Origin: Syntrophomonadaceae bacterium
GTDB lineage: Bacteria > Bacillota > Dethiobacteria > DTU022
Direction: 5' to 3'
Length of the DNA stretch: 62,037 nt
Assembly (NCBI GenBank): GCA_003554615.1
Contig: PWGX01000006.1
Coordinates: 1 to 62,037 of the forward strand
Position numbers and translations under genes: made by a program. Positions 37,927-48,494 of the stretch are shown piece after piece. The number at the start of each line of letters is the position of its first letter. Within the stretch, counting starts at the first letter, position 1. The notes under the pieces are model-generated. The model was not told the DNA's origin, made no database searches, and saw nothing but the letters and a program-made list of their open reading frames with translations.

Positions 37927-38823
37927 CTACACATCAGCCCTTTTATTGCCTGTTAATACGGTCATACCTCGCGGTTCGATCGTAAAATGCATGCTGTCGC
38001 CGTAAAATATTTCTCCTTCCATGTGCATGGGCCGCCGCTCACTAAAGTGGATTGTTACTTCCCCTGTCCGGTACATCGAAGCCTGCTTCAAATATTTTAA
38101 CTTGCCGGAAAATACTTTGGGGAAATGATAAACCAGCTCCAGGCGGTTCATGCTGTCATCGAACACGCAGACATCAAAAAGGCCGTCGTCCTGGACGGCA
38201 TCGGGAACTATTTTCATTCCACCGCCGTAAGCCTGACCGATGCCAACCGCTACCAGGAGGGGTTTTAATTTTAAAGGGCCGTTGCCCGTATCAATCATCG
38301 CTTCAACCGAACTATAAGAAAGAAGCTCTTGCAAAAAGGCGTAAATGTAAGCGCTCGCGCCTCTAAACATCTTGATCCTATTGTTGGCTCTCTCGGCTAC
38401 GGAGGCATCAAATCCAATCCCGACGGAATTGATAAAATAACGATCCAGCACCCGGCCCAGATCGATAGCCCGGGTATTGCCCTCGATCAGGGACCGGCAG
38501 GCTGATTCAATATCGCGCGGCATTCCCACAGCCGTGGCAAAATCATTGCCTTTACCGCCGTGCACCGCCGCCAGGACAGCTCCCGTGCCCACTATTCCGT
38601 TCAGGACCTCGTTAACCGTTCCGTCCCCTCCCACAGCAACGATAACTCTAAATCCCTGCTCGGCCGTTTTGCGGGCGGCCTCAATACCATCGCCCCGGCC
38701 CGTGGTAAAGTAAATATCAAATTCCACTCCGTGATCTTTAAATACCCGTTCAATGACCGGCACCAGTTTTTTGGCTTTTCCGCCCCCGGCAACCGGATTT
38801 ACTATGAACTTGTAATTGTCCAC
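37927..38823 (-). CDS. Diacylglycerol kinase family lipid kinase (YegS/BmrU-like)
   Basis: IVNPVAGGG, VGGDGTVNEV, GKGNDFA, YGGGM, DDGLFD. Confidence 0.92.
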   Translation of the reverse strand: MDNYKFIVNPVAGGGKAKKLVPVIERVFKDHGVEFDIYFTTGRGDGIEAARKTAEQGFRVIVAVGGDGTVNEVLNGIVGTGAVLAAVHGGKGNDFATAVGMPRDIESACRSLIEGNTRAIDLGRVLDRYFINSVGIGFDASVAERANNRIKMFRGASAYIYAFLQELLSYSSVEAMIDTGNGPLKLKPLLVAVGIGQAYGGGMKIVPDAVQDDGLFDVCVFDDSMNRLELVYHFPKVFSGKLKYLKQASMYRTGEVTIHFSERRPMHMEGEIFYGDSMHFTIEPRGMTVLTGNKRADV

Positions 38824-38923
38824 CTTTTCCTCTTCCCTTCATTGGCCGTGGTATATTTTACTCAACAGGGCTGCCCGGTGAGGCAGCCCTGCATACCAGT
38901 TCTATGTATGCTGATTATAGCAT

Positions 38924-40018
38924 TTAACAGGAAAATTTACTGTCCAGCTTTTTCATGGTTTCGACTATACCCCCGTACTCCAGTTCCGAGTAATGCAGCA
39001 TTGCCGGGCCGGAAAAGCCCTGTTCTCTCATATCAAAGGCTTTACGGGACACTTTATCCCTGACATAGTCCCAGTAGGGATGATCAAAACAGTCCACCGG
39101 TTCCGTCAGCTTTCCGTTATGGACACAGAATCCTGCCGCGCTAACAACCGGCGGCCCGTCGAAATAAGAAATACTGCAACCCATCTGGGCCGGCATTAGC
39201 GGGCCGGTATGGCTGCCCCGCATGAAACCGGCCACGTAATGCCCGATACTGTAGGGCGAAAGGATTTCCCCGGTGGCCGGAAAATCACCCTGACAGCGGG
39301 CCAGCATAACCGGATCGTCTTTGCCGGTATAGGTTCCCGCTATATTGTGCAGGCGGGTGGTGCTGGCTGCTATGGCCCGTTCGCCGGTGGCCCGGGAATA
39401 AATAGCCGAAACCACAAAGCGTTCGTTGTCACGAAGCAGCGCCGCAATATCATATGTTTCTTCGGGAGTGCAAAGTTCTATAATCCGATCCTGTTCTGTA
39501 TGCCCCACATCCAGGATCACAAACTTAAATCCCTGGCTGATTTTGGGTGAAAGGATTAGCCCGGAACAGTGCATCGGATCGGCAAAACTTAAATATAATG
39601 GCAAATTGTAAGCACCCGGATCGGTTTTATCTGCAGTAAACAACAAAAATGGTTCCGCTTTTCGCTCTTCTATTTCCATTTCCGCCACGGCAGGTCCCAA
39701 GCCTTTGACGTTGCCTGAAAAAGCGTCTGCCAGCAGATCCTGGCCCGCTCCGTACAAGCCCTGTTCCTTGGCCTTCTCGGTCCCGCAGATAAATGCATCC
39801 CAGGCCAGCTTGTGCAATTCCGTGCACCCTTCTCCATGAGTATGGCAGAACAGGATCGCCACATCGTCACCGGTGCTGCCGACATAGTAATCAGTTATCA
39901 GTTTGCCCAGTTCCCGTTCAATGCAATCTTTAACCGCCTCGATTAAAGCTCCGCTAGGCCTGATATGACCGGCTATGCTGCCGACGTCGGCCTTAATAAC
40001 ACTCAAGGTGGTTTTCAC
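38924..40018 (-). CDS. fbp: Bifunctional fructose-1,6-bisphosphate aldolase/phosphatase
   Basis: SVIKADVGS, GDD, LYGAGQDLL.DAFSGNVKG, DKTDPGAYN, YTGKDDP, RGSHTGPLMP. Confidence 0.95.
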   Translation of the reverse strand: MKTTLSVIKADVGSIAGHIRPSGALIEAVKDCIERELGKLITDYYVGSTGDDVAILFCHTHGEGCTELHKLAWDAFICGTEKAKEQGLYGAGQDLLADAFSGNVKGLGPAVAEMEIEERKAEPFLLFTADKTDPGAYNLPLYLSFADPMHCSGLILSPKISQGFKFVILDVGHTEQDRIIELCTPEETYDIAALLRDNERFVVSAIYSRATGERAIAASTTRLHNIAGTYTGKDDPVMLARCQGDFPATGEILSPYSIGHYVAGFMRGSHTGPLMPAQMGCSISYFDGPPVVSAAGFCVHNGKLTEPVDCFDHPYWDYVRDKVSRKAFDMREQGFSGPAMLHYSELEYGGIVETMKKLDSKFSC

Positions 40019-40159
40019 TTTTTTCCCTCCTCGTTAGTTAAATGCCCTTGCCCCTTCGATTCGGTTCGATTCAATACGAGATCTCCGCTATAGCTATATT
40101 TCCTGATTGTTTTCCTGGTTATTTATTTTCTACTACTTCAATAAAAATCCTTCATAGTC

Positions 40160-40190
40160 AAAAAAATAAAGGGAGCGCTGCAGCGCTCCC
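40160..40190 (-). terminator. Intrinsic terminator after rnj
   Basis: GGGAGCGC-TGCA-GCGCTCCC perfect stem flanked by A-runs. Confidence 0.8.
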
Positions 40191-40215
40191 AAAAATTGAA
40201 TCCTGCGGCCGGTGC

Positions 40216-41916
40216 TTACTTTTTAGGATCCCCATTGGAAGGAACATCAATGATTATGGGCAGGATCATCGGCTTGCGGCCGGTACGGTTGTAAAAATAA
40301 GTTCCGGCAGAATCCCTGATCCTGGATTTAATCTTGTTCCACTCCTGGATCTTTTGGCGGCTGATCCGGTCTATAGTTTTGTTCAGTTCTCCTTTTGCCC
40401 CTTCCAGCATATCTTCCGATTCGCGGACATAAACAAAACCGCGGGTGATAATCTCGGGGCCGGATAAAATTTTATTTTTATCGGGATCAATGGCCAGGAT
40501 GATGATCACGATCCCGTCTTCCGACAGCATCTGGCGATCACGGATCACCACTTCACCGACATCTCCAACGCCAAAACCGTCAACCAAAACCCTGCCCGCT
40601 GAGACTGAGCCGGACATCTTGCCCCAGCCGTTCGAAAACTCCATTACATTACCCGGTTTTACCAGGAATACATTTTCCTCAGGGATGCCCACTTTGCTGG
40701 CGATCTTGGAACATTTAGCCTGCTGGCGGTACTCTCCGTGAACGGGAATAATATATTCCGGGCGGAGCATGTTGAGCATCAGCTTAATTTCTTCTTCGCT
40801 GCCATGGCCGGAGACATGGACACCGGAAACAGGTTTATAGATGACATCCGCTTTTAGCTGGAACAGGTTATTCACGGTCCGGGCTACCAGTTTTTCGTTT
40901 CCGGGAATCGGGTTGGCGGCAATGATTACCGTATCGCCCGGCTGGATTTGGACCTGGCGATGTTCGGATTGCGATATCCTGGTCAGGGCCGACATCGGTT
41001 CGCCCTGGCTGCCCGTGGTAATCAGGGCCACTTTTTCAGCAGGAAAATCAGAAACCTTATCGGTGTCAATGAGAAGGCCTTTCGGTATTTTCAGGTAGCC
41101 CAGCTCGCTCGAAATATCCACCGAATTGACAATACTCCTGCCGACCACGCATACCTTGCGGTCGTAACAGACCGCCGCGTCAATTACCTGCTGGATGCGG
41201 TGGATATTGGAAGCAAAAGTGGCCAGGATAATCCTGCTCCGGGAAAGGCGAAAGATCTCGTTTATGCTTTCGCCGACTTCTTTTTCCGAAAAGGTATAGC
41301 CGGGGCGGTCAGCGTTGGTCGAATCGATCAAGGCTGCCACGACTCCTTTTCGGCCCAGTTCAGCCAGCTTGTGATAATCGGTAATTTTGCTGTCAACCGG
41401 GGTCTGGTCAAATTTGAAGTCGCTGGTATAGACCACTGTGCCAACCGGTGTTTCAACTGATACGCCCACCGAATCGGGGATACTGTGGTTGGTCCTGAAA
41501 AAGTCAAGTTTAAAATTATCGGACAGGATCAACTTCTGATCGGGATTGATTTCATTCATTTCGATGTCGCCGACCGGGTTTTCCATAAACTTGGCTTCAA
41601 GCAGGCCCAGGGTCAGGCGGGTTCCGTAAATCGGAGCCTTGAGCTCTTCGATAATATATGGAATTGCCCCGATATGGTCTTCGTGCCCGTGGGTGAGGAT
41701 AACCCCCAGAATATCAAGATCCTGCTCCAGCAGGTACGAAATATCGGGAATTACTATGTCTACCCCCAGCATTGCTTCATCCGGAAATTTTAAACCGGCA
41801 TCCATGATAATGCACTCTTTGCCGTATTGCAGAACAAACATATTTTTACCGATCTCGCCAACCCCTCCGAGAGGGATTAGCTGTATGTTTTTACTTTTTT
41901 TACTTTTTTTCGCCAA
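40216..41916 (-). CDS. rnj: Ribonuclease J
   Basis: LGGVGEIGKNM, THGHEDHIG, DFKFDQTP, TGSQGEP, HVSGH, PVHGE. Confidence 0.97.
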   Translation of the reverse strand: MAKKSKKSKNIQLIPLGGVGEIGKNMFVLQYGKECIIMDAGLKFPDEAMLGVDIVIPDISYLLEQDLDILGVILTHGHEDHIGAIPYIIEELKAPIYGTRLTLGLLEAKFMENPVGDIEMNEINPDQKLILSDNFKLDFFRTNHSIPDSVGVSVETPVGTVVYTSDFKFDQTPVDSKITDYHKLAELGRKGVVAALIDSTNADRPGYTFSEKEVGESINEIFRLSRSRIILATFASNIHRIQQVIDAAVCYDRKVCVVGRSIVNSVDISSELGYLKIPKGLLIDTDKVSDFPAEKVALITTGSQGEPMSALTRISQSEHRQVQIQPGDTVIIAANPIPGNEKLVARTVNNLFQLKADVIYKPVSGVHVSGHGSEEEIKLMLNMLRPEYIIPVHGEYRQQAKCSKIASKVGIPEENVFLVKPGNVMEFSNGWGKMSGSVSAGRVLVDGFGVGDVGEVVIRDRQMLSEDGIVIIILAIDPDKNKILSGPEIITRGFVYVRESEDMLEGAKGELNKTIDRISRQKIQEWNKIKSRIRDSAGTYFYNRTGRKPMILPIIIDVPSNGDPKK

Positions 41917-41988
41917 AATTAACCTCCATTATTAACTGGTTCAATTATTTAACAGCTTCAATGTATACACCGGGTTGGGCTTACCCCC

Positions 41989-42447
41989 TCAAGAACTGCC
42001 GGTGTGGCCAAAGCCCCCGTCGCTGCGATCGCTGTCCGGCAGCTTTGAAACTTCTGTTATTTCCGCCCGTACCACGGGGCATAAGACCATCTGGGCGATC
42101 CGGTCCTTCCTTTTAACCGTAAAAGGTTCCGGGCCCAGGTTGATCATGATCACCTTGATCTCACCACGGTAATCGGAGTCAATTGTGCCGGGTGAATTTA
42201 AGATGCCGATCCCGTTTTTGGCAGCCAGTCCGCTGCGGGGCCTGATTTGCAGTTCATATCCGGGAGGAACAGCGGCCCTCAGGCCGGAGGGAATCAAGGC
42301 CAGTTCGCCGGGGTTGATGGTCTCCTCGCTCTCAACCGCAGCATAAAGATCCATGCCCGAGGCACCTGCCGTCATATAGCGGGGCATAGGTATATCCGCT
42401 GTATGTTCAGCCCGCTTCAGGGGGAGAACTACCGGTTCCTTGTTCAA
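41989..42447 (-). CDS. dut: dUTP diphosphatase (trimeric)
   Basis: GMDL, RPRSGLA, GTIDSDYRGE, RIAQM, GGFGHTG. Confidence 0.96.
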   Translation of the reverse strand: MNKEPVVLPLKRAEHTADIPMPRYMTAGASGMDLYAAVESEETINPGELALIPSGLRAAVPPGYELQIRPRSGLAAKNGIGILNSPGTIDSDYRGEIKVIMINLGPEPFTVKRKDRIAQMVLCPVVRAEITEVSKLPDSDRSDGGFGHTGSS

Positions 42448-42519
42448 TTATTTCTCCCTTCATTATACCTTTGCAGTAAAAAAGCGCATCTTTCAGCATC
42501 TGTTCACGATGGATCACCT

Positions 42520-42546
42520 AAAAAACCCTAGCAGCTAGGGTTTTTT
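42520..42546 (-). terminator. Bidirectional-type intrinsic terminator after pnp
   Basis: AAAAAACCCTAG-CAG-CTAGGGTTTTTT. Confidence 0.85.
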
Positions 42547-42566
42547 AATCCTTGTTGCTATCAGTT

Positions 42567-44705
42567 TTAAGAACCGGGCTTACCTCGGCCCCGCGGAGGC
42601 CTTCCACCGCCGCCATCGCCGCTTCCGGCCGGCTTTTTCAGCAGGGCCTTCCTGGACAGGTCAATTCTTCCCCTGTCGTCAATATCCAGCACTTTGACTT
42701 CGACTTCATCGCCGAGGCTGAGCACATCCTCTGTTTTATCCACCCGGTGGTGGTCAAGGTTTGATATATGCAGCAGTCCTTCCTGTCCGGGGAGCAGTTC
42801 GACGAAGGCCCCGTACCGTTCGATCCGGGTAACTTTCCCCATGTAGATCTCACCTGGCTCGATTTCTTTAACCAGGTTTTCAATAGTTTCCTTCGCCTTT
42901 TGGCCGCCTTCAGGGTCAACCGAAGCGATAAATACCCTTCCATCCGGCTCTATATCGATATCAACACCGGTATCGGCAATGATTTTGTTAATCATCTTGC
43001 CGCCCGGGCCGATAACATCCCTGATTTTATCAACCGGGATTTGGAGCCTGATCATGCGCGGTGCATTCGGCGACAGTTCGGGCCGCGGTTCGCTGATCAC
43101 TTCATTCATTTCATTTAAGATATATTTATATCCAATATCGGCCTGCTCCAGGGCTTCCTGCAGTATTTCCCGTGAGATACCCTTGATTTTTATATCCATC
43201 TGCAGGGCGGTAATGCCCTGCTCGGTTCCGGCCACTTTAAAGTCCATATCTCCCAGGAAGTCTTCAACGCCCTGGATATCGGATAGGATCACCACATCAT
43301 CCTCTTCCTTGATCAGGCCCATGGCGATACCGCCTACTGCCCTTTTAACCGGGACCCCGGTATCCATCATTGCCATTGAAGACGAACATACACTGCCCAT
43401 GGAAGTAGAACCGTTTGATTCAAGCACTTCTGAAACCAGGCGCACGGTGTAGGGGAATTCGTCTTCTGAAGGAACAACCGGCTCCAGAGCCCTTTCAGCA
43501 AGGGCGCCGTGTCCGATTTCCCTCCGCCCGGGACCACGCATAAAACCGGCTTCCCCGACACTGTAGGGCGGGAAATTATAGTGGTGCATAAAACGCTTTG
43601 ATTCTTCCAGGCCCAGCCCGTCAATGATCTGTACGTCCCGCAGAGCGGAGAGGGTGCAGATGCTGAGGACCTGGGTCTGGCCGCGGGTAAAAATGGCCGA
43701 ACCGTGGGTCCGGGGCAGCACCGATGCTTCGCAGGTTATCGGCCTGATCTCTTTAGGTTTTCGTCCGTCGGCCCGCAGCTCCTGGTTAATAACCATCTCG
43801 CGCAGGGTTTCCTTGAGGACTTTTTCAAAAACCTTGGCCAGTTCCGCTTCGTTTTCCGGGTATTTTTCCAGGTAGTTTTCCACAATTTCATTTTTAAAAG
43901 CAGCCAGCCTGTCTTCACGTTCCTGCTTATCGGCAATCTGAAGGGCTTCGCTGATCCCTTCCTTGATAGCCGGTTCTACTTCTTCAGCCATTTGTGCTGG
44001 CAGCTCTGCTTCGGGGACTTCCATTTTTTCAGTTCCCCAGTCATTAACCATCTGTTCTTCAAGGGCTACAATTTCTTTGATCCCCTCATGGCCGGCCTCG
44101 ATGCATTTCAACACATCTTCCCTGCTGATCTCCTGGGCACCGGCTTCTACCATCATTACAGCATCTTTGGTCCCGGCCAGCATCAGGTGCAGGTCGCTCT
44201 GCTGCAGCTGCGCCTGGTCGGGGTAGACCACCGGCTCACCGTCGATCAAACCGACTATAACGGCGGCCACCGGGCCGTCAAAAGGTATTTTCGATATGGA
44301 CAGGGCTGCCGAAGCCCCAATAATGGAAAGTGATTCCGGGGGGCAGTCCTGGTCCATGGACAGGACAGTACTCACTATATGGACTGAATTGCGGAAACCT
44401 TTGGGGAAAAGCGGCCGCAGGGCCCGGTCGGTAAGGCGGCATCCTAAAATTGCCCTTTCTGTCGGGCGTCCTTCTCTCTTGATGAAACCACCGGGGATCC
44501 GGCCCACGGCGTAATGCCTTTCCTCGTAATCAACAGTCATCGGGAAAAAATCCACACCTTCACGCGGCTCATCGGAAGCAGTGGCCGTAACCAGGACCAC
44601 CGTGTCTCCGTACCGAACCAGGACGGCTCCGTTGGCCTGCTTGGCCAGCCTGCCAGTTTCAAGAGTCAGGGTTTTCCCCTGCAGTTCCATGGTATAAGAT
44701 TGCAT
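42567..44705 (-). CDS. pnp: Polyribonucleotide nucleotidyltransferase
   Basis: [43 protein letters not shown] and S1 domains. Confidence 0.98.
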   Translation of the reverse strand: MQSYTMELQGKTLTLETGRLAKQANGAVLVRYGDTVVLVTATASDEPREGVDFFPMTVDYEERHYAVGRIPGGFIKREGRPTERAILGCRLTDRALRPLFPKGFRNSVHIVSTVLSMDQDCPPESLSIIGASAALSISKIPFDGPVAAVIVGLIDGEPVVYPDQAQLQQSDLHLMLAGTKDAVMMVEAGAQEISREDVLKCIEAGHEGIKEIVALEEQMVNDWGTEKMEVPEAELPAQMAEEVEPAIKEGISEALQIADKQEREDRLAAFKNEIVENYLEKYPENEAELAKVFEKVLKETLREMVINQELRADGRKPKEIRPITCEASVLPRTHGSAIFTRGQTQVLSICTLSALRDVQIIDGLGLEESKRFMHHYNFPPYSVGEAGFMRGPGRREIGHGALAERALEPVVPSEDEFPYTVRLVSEVLESNGSTSMGSVCSSSMAMMDTGVPVKRAVGGIAMGLIKEEDDVVILSDIQGVEDFLGDMDFKVAGTEQGITALQMDIKIKGISREILQEALEQADIGYKYILNEMNEVISEPRPELSPNAPRMIRLQIPVDKIRDVIGPGGKMINKIIADTGVDIDIEPDGRVFIASVDPEGGQKAKETIENLVKEIEPGEIYMGKVTRIERYGAFVELLPGQEGLLHISNLDHHRVDKTEDVLSLGDEVEVKVLDIDDRGRIDLSRKALLKKPAGSGDGGGGRPPRGRGKPGS

Positions 44706-44745
44706 ATACTAATACTCCTCTCAACTGCTCAAGTTTTACAACTGA

Positions 44746-44769
44746 AACACGGGGGCAAGCCCCCGTGTT
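44746..44769 (-). terminator. Hairpin/terminator between rpsO and pnp
   Basis: AACACGGGGGC-AA-GCCCCCGTGTT. Confidence 0.7.
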
Positions 44770-44779
44770 AAATACTCCA

Positions 44780-45046
44780 CTATTTCCGCAAGCCCAGTTT
44801 ACTTAAAATTTCCTGGTAGCGTTCGGGAGATCGTTCGCGCAGGTAATTAAGCAGACCTCTTCTCCGGCCTACCATTTTCAAAAGCCCGCGCTGGGAATGA
44901 TAATCTTTCTTATGGGTTTTCAGGTGTTCGGTAAGGTAATTAATTCGCGCTGTCAGCAGCGCAATCTGAACTTCCGGAGAACCTGTGTCCCCTTCATGCC
45001 TTTTGTACTGATCAATGATCCCCTGCTTCTGTTCATGCTCAAACAT
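44780..45046 (-). CDS. rpsO: 30S ribosomal protein S15
   Basis: [13 protein letters not shown]...[16 protein letters not shown]...LGLRK. Confidence 0.98.
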   Translation of the reverse strand: MFEHEQKQGIIDQYKRHEGDTGSPEVQIALLTARINYLTEHLKTHKKDYHSQRGLLKMVGRRRGLLNYLRERSPERYQEILSKLGLRK

Positions 45047-45051
45047 TCCAT

Positions 45052-45123
45052 AATCCTCCCTTTTTATTAATCGCCGCTTGCCAAGTACAGCGCCGGGAAT
45101 TCGCCATACCTAGCCAGCGGTTC
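45052..45123 (-). promoter_or_regulatory. Firmicutes-type S15 (rpsO) autoregulatory leader RNA
   Basis: GAACCGCUGGCUAGGUAUGGCG...CGCUGUACUUGGCAAGCGG folds into nested stems ahead of GGGAGG. Confidence 0.65.
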
Positions 45124-45126
45124 TGA

Positions 45127-46122
45127 CTAAAGCGATCTTAGCACATTACATCCGGCTTGTAAAGAATTGCTCCTGCCGCTTATTTCCTGGTTTAGTTTTT
45201 CGATTATTTCCCGCCCTTTTTCTATATCTCTGCCGATCTGCTCTTTAAGCTGGCGGGGCGATGTAAATGTTTTTGTATCCCTTAATTTATAGAGGAAGCA
45301 GATCCGAATTTCATAGTTATATATAGTGCCGTTAAAATCCAGGATATGAGTTTCCACGGAAGTGCCGTGATCGGAAAAGGTGGGCCTGGAACCGATGTTG
45401 GTCACCCCATAATAGATCCCTTCATTAAGGTTGTCAACGGAGGTTAAATAAACTCCTCTGCCGGGCCACAGCAGGCGGGAAGAAGAGGCAATATTGGCCG
45501 TCGGGTAGACCATTTCCCTGCCGATACCGTATCCCCTTACCACTTTGCCCTGCCGAAAAAAATAATAGTTGAGGAGGTCGGCCGCCTCCCCAACAGCGCC
45601 CGAAAGGAGCAGGGATCTGATTTTTGAACTGCTTACCTCTTTACCCATATAGCGCAGCATGGGAATGACATGCACTTCAAAACCCAGCTCCCGGCCCCAG
45701 TAGACTAATGTCTCGGCACTGCCGGTACCCTGCTTGCCAAAAGAATAGTTTTCTCCGACAAACACACCGCTGGCCCCAAGTCTGTTAATCAGAATCTTAC
45801 GGATAAACTGTTCCGGGGTCAGGGCCGCCAGCTCGGCAGTAAACTGTTCAACAATAAAATAATCCAGGCCCAGCTCGGACATTATTTCAGCCCGGTCTGC
45901 TATATCGGTCAGTAAGGTCAGCGGATGCTCCGGCCTGAGGGCAATCAGGGGATGAGGATCAAAAACCAGGGCGGCGCTTGAACCTCCGGCTTCCCTGGCC
46001 TTTTCAACGGCCGCTTTCAATATTGCCTGGTGCCCCCGGTGAACACCATCGAAATTACCAAGTGCTATGTAATGGGGACGCCCTTCTTCGGGAAGGCGGC
46101 CTGCGCCGTTAATCAACTCCAT
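45127..46122 (-). CDS. ribF: Bifunctional riboflavin kinase/FAD synthetase
   Basis: GNFDGVHRGH, SSSKIR, PTAN, NIGSRPT, ETHILDF. Confidence 0.95.
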   Translation of the reverse strand: MELINGAGRLPEEGRPHYIALGNFDGVHRGHQAILKAAVEKAREAGGSSAALVFDPHPLIALRPEHPLTLLTDIADRAEIMSELGLDYFIVEQFTAELAALTPEQFIRKILINRLGASGVFVGENYSFGKQGTGSAETLVYWGRELGFEVHVIPMLRYMGKEVSSSKIRSLLLSGAVGEAADLLNYYFFRQGKVVRGYGIGREMVYPTANIASSSRLLWPGRGVYLTSVDNLNEGIYYGVTNIGSRPTFSDHGTSVETHILDFNGTIYNYEIRICFLYKLRDTKTFTSPRQLKEQIGRDIEKGREIIEKLNQEISGRSNSLQAGCNVLRSL

Positions 46123-46167
46123 ATCCGATCACCTTTCTGCGATACCTAACCAATAATATAACACAAT

Positions 46168-47103
46168 TTACGATGACAGGTATTTTAATGTCTTCAGCCT
46201 GGCTTCAGCCCCGGATTGCTCCAGGCGGGCAATGGCTTTAAAATTACCCTGCTGATCATAAACCCTGACTTTATCCCTGTCCTTATCTTTTCTTTCGCCC
46301 AGGTCCGTCTGCTTCTGGATTTCATTGCTGTCAAACCTGATAACCCGCCCGTTTTTCAAAGCGCCGACAAGGGCATCATTCAGGGATAATGCCGGCAGCA
46401 TGGCCAGGGCGGAATCCATGGGCCTGATCAAGTCCCTGTACTGCTCATGCCTGCCCAAAGTTTCTATCTCAGGCAGGGAATGAGAATGTTCAAGGACGAA
46501 AGGCCCCACTGCCAGCCTGGCCAGGGAATCAAGATGCCCACCACAACCGAGCGCGTTCCCTATATCTACTGCCAGGGTCCGGATATAGGTCCCCTTAGAA
46601 CATTCCACATCGAAAATCAGCTGTGGTTCGCGATCCGGGTTAAACTGCAAAAGTTCAATCCTATATATCTCAGCCCTGCGGGTTTTCCTCGGCACATCTT
46701 TACCTTTTCTGGCCCAGCTGTACAGGGGTTTCCCCCGGTACTTAACCGCTGAATATCGAGGCGGCAGCTGTTCTATGCTCCCTTGAAACCCGGCTAACAA
46801 AGATTCGACCCGGGACTTTTCCAACCCGGGAACCGACCTGGTTGCGGTTACCTTTCCCGCGGAGTCATCAGTGTCGGTAGTTTTACCCAGGGTTACCGCA
46901 GCCCGGTATACTTTGGGATGTTCAATAATATATTCAACAATCCTGGTTGCCCGACCCAGGCAGACTGGCAGGACCCCAGTTGCAATTGGATCCAGGGTTC
47001 CGGAGTGGCCTGCTTTCACTCCGGGGAAAAGCCGCCGCACCGCCTGGACCGCCTGGTGTGAAGTAGCACCGTATGATTTGTTGATTACAATTATTCCATC
47101 CAC
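46168..47103 (-). CDS. truB: tRNA pseudouridine(55) synthase
   Basis: GHSGTLDPIATGVL, PPRYSAVK, CSKGTYIRTLA. Confidence 0.96.
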   Translation of the reverse strand: MDGIIVINKSYGATSHQAVQAVRRLFPGVKAGHSGTLDPIATGVLPVCLGRATRIVEYIIEHPKVYRAAVTLGKTTDTDDSAGKVTATRSVPGLEKSRVESLLAGFQGSIEQLPPRYSAVKYRGKPLYSWARKGKDVPRKTRRAEIYRIELLQFNPDREPQLIFDVECSKGTYIRTLAVDIGNALGCGGHLDSLARLAVGPFVLEHSHSLPEIETLGRHEQYRDLIRPMDSALAMLPALSLNDALVGALKNGRVIRFDSNEIQKQTDLGERKDKDRDKVRVYDQQGNFKAIARLEQSGAEARLKTLKYLSS

Positions 47104-47115
47104 TGCGCCGCTCCT

Positions 47116-48090
47116 TTATTCCGGTTGCTGTCCCAGCATTTTAAAAGCTTCGGCAAGCACTTTTCTTTTTACGGTCTGGTAATCCTCATAAAGGCGGCAT
47201 CCCGCCGCCCTGGCATGCCCGCCTCCGTTTAATCTGCCGGCCAAAGCACTAACATCGACCGTTTTTGAGCGAAATCCAACCTTAACTTCGCTCCCATTTT
47301 CCACGTAAAACAGGATCCCCAGTTCTACGCCCTCGATATTGCGGGTATAGTTGACGATCCCTTCCAGTTCGTCCGAAGAAGCTCCGCTGCGCTGCCTGAT
47401 ATCACGGCTCAGGGTCATCACGGCTATTTTCCTGTTTTCATAGATTTCAAGGCTGGAAATAGCTTCTTTCAACAACATATAAAAAGACATAGGCCGCTCA
47501 TCAAAGACCCGCTGGGAAAGAGTCCCCGGGCTTAAACCCTGTTTTAGCAGTTCAGCAGTTACCCGGTGAGTTGCTGGAGTAGTGTTGTCATATTTAAAAG
47601 AACCTGTATCGGTAGAAATGGCCACATAAAGAGATTCGGCAATACTGTAATCCAGCTGGACCCCGATTTCATTCAAGAGGTGGTAAATTATCTCACCGGT
47701 AGCGGAGGCGTCCGGATCGATCAGGTTCAGTGTCCCATACCCCTGGTTGGTAACATGGTGGTCGATATTGACTATCGTGCGGCACTCCATGAACGATTCT
47801 TTAAGAATACCCATCCTTTCCGCATCACTGCTGTCAAGGATCACTGCCGTTACTTCCGGATCGCAGTCGGCGATATCATTTTCCACCTGATCGGCTCCGT
47901 TTAAAAAGCTGTATTTGCGGGGGATGAAGCCGGGAGTAAACATCCTGACCTCTTTCCCGATGCTTTTCAGGCCTTCACCCATGGCCAGCAGGGAGCCAAT
48001 ACTGTCGCCGTCCGGCTGCATGTGAGAGATCAGGTAAAAACGATCTTCTCCTTTTAATACTTCAATAATCTTGTCCCGATCCGCTGTCAT
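47116..48090 (-). CDS. nrnA: DHH family bifunctional oligoribonuclease/PAP phosphatase NrnA
   Basis: HMQPDGDSIGS, NIDHH, TDTGSF, GGGHARAAG. Confidence 0.9.
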   Translation of the reverse strand: MTADRDKIIEVLKGEDRFYLISHMQPDGDSIGSLLAMGEGLKSIGKEVRMFTPGFIPRKYSFLNGADQVENDIADCDPEVTAVILDSSDAERMGILKESFMECRTIVNIDHHVTNQGYGTLNLIDPDASATGEIIYHLLNEIGVQLDYSIAESLYVAISTDTGSFKYDNTTPATHRVTAELLKQGLSPGTLSQRVFDERPMSFYMLLKEAISSLEIYENRKIAVMTLSRDIRQRSGASSDELEGIVNYTRNIEGVELGILFYVENGSEVKVGFRSKTVDVSALAGRLNGGGHARAAGCRLYEDYQTVKRKVLAEAFKMLGQQPE

Positions 48091-48448
48091 TGCTATCATT
48101 CTCTTCTTCTTTTAGTGATCTTATTACGCTTTCAATGTAGGCCCCGTATTCAATGGAATTATCAAGCCGGAATTTGATTTCAGGGGTGTGCCTTAACCTG
48201 ATCCTTTTGCCTATTTCAGTGCGTATAAACCCGGCCGCCCTGTTCAGGGCCTGCAGGGTTTCTTCTTTCTCTGAATCGCTGCCATAAATACTGACATAAA
48301 CTGAGGCATGTCTTAAATCCTTGGACAGGCTGACGTCGGTTACGCTTGTAATCCGCGCCACACCCGGATCTTTTATTTCATAGTTGATAATCCCGCCAAT
48401 ATCTTTCTTTATTTGCTCGGCAACCCGCCGTACTCTGTTTTCTGTCAT
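48062..48448 (-). CDS. rbfA: Ribosome-binding factor A
   Basis: RVRRVAEQIKK, SKDLRHA, IRLRHTPEIKF. Confidence 0.96.
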   Translation of the reverse strand: MTENRVRRVAEQIKKDIGGIINYEIKDPGVARITSVTDVSLSKDLRHASVYVSIYGSDSEKEETLQALNRAAGFIRTEIGKRIRLRHTPEIKFRLDNSIEYGAYIESVIRSLKEEENDSNDSGSGQDY

Positions 48449-48494
48449 GACTTAAACCTCCCGGTAGCACAATAGACGGCGAATAAATTAAAGC

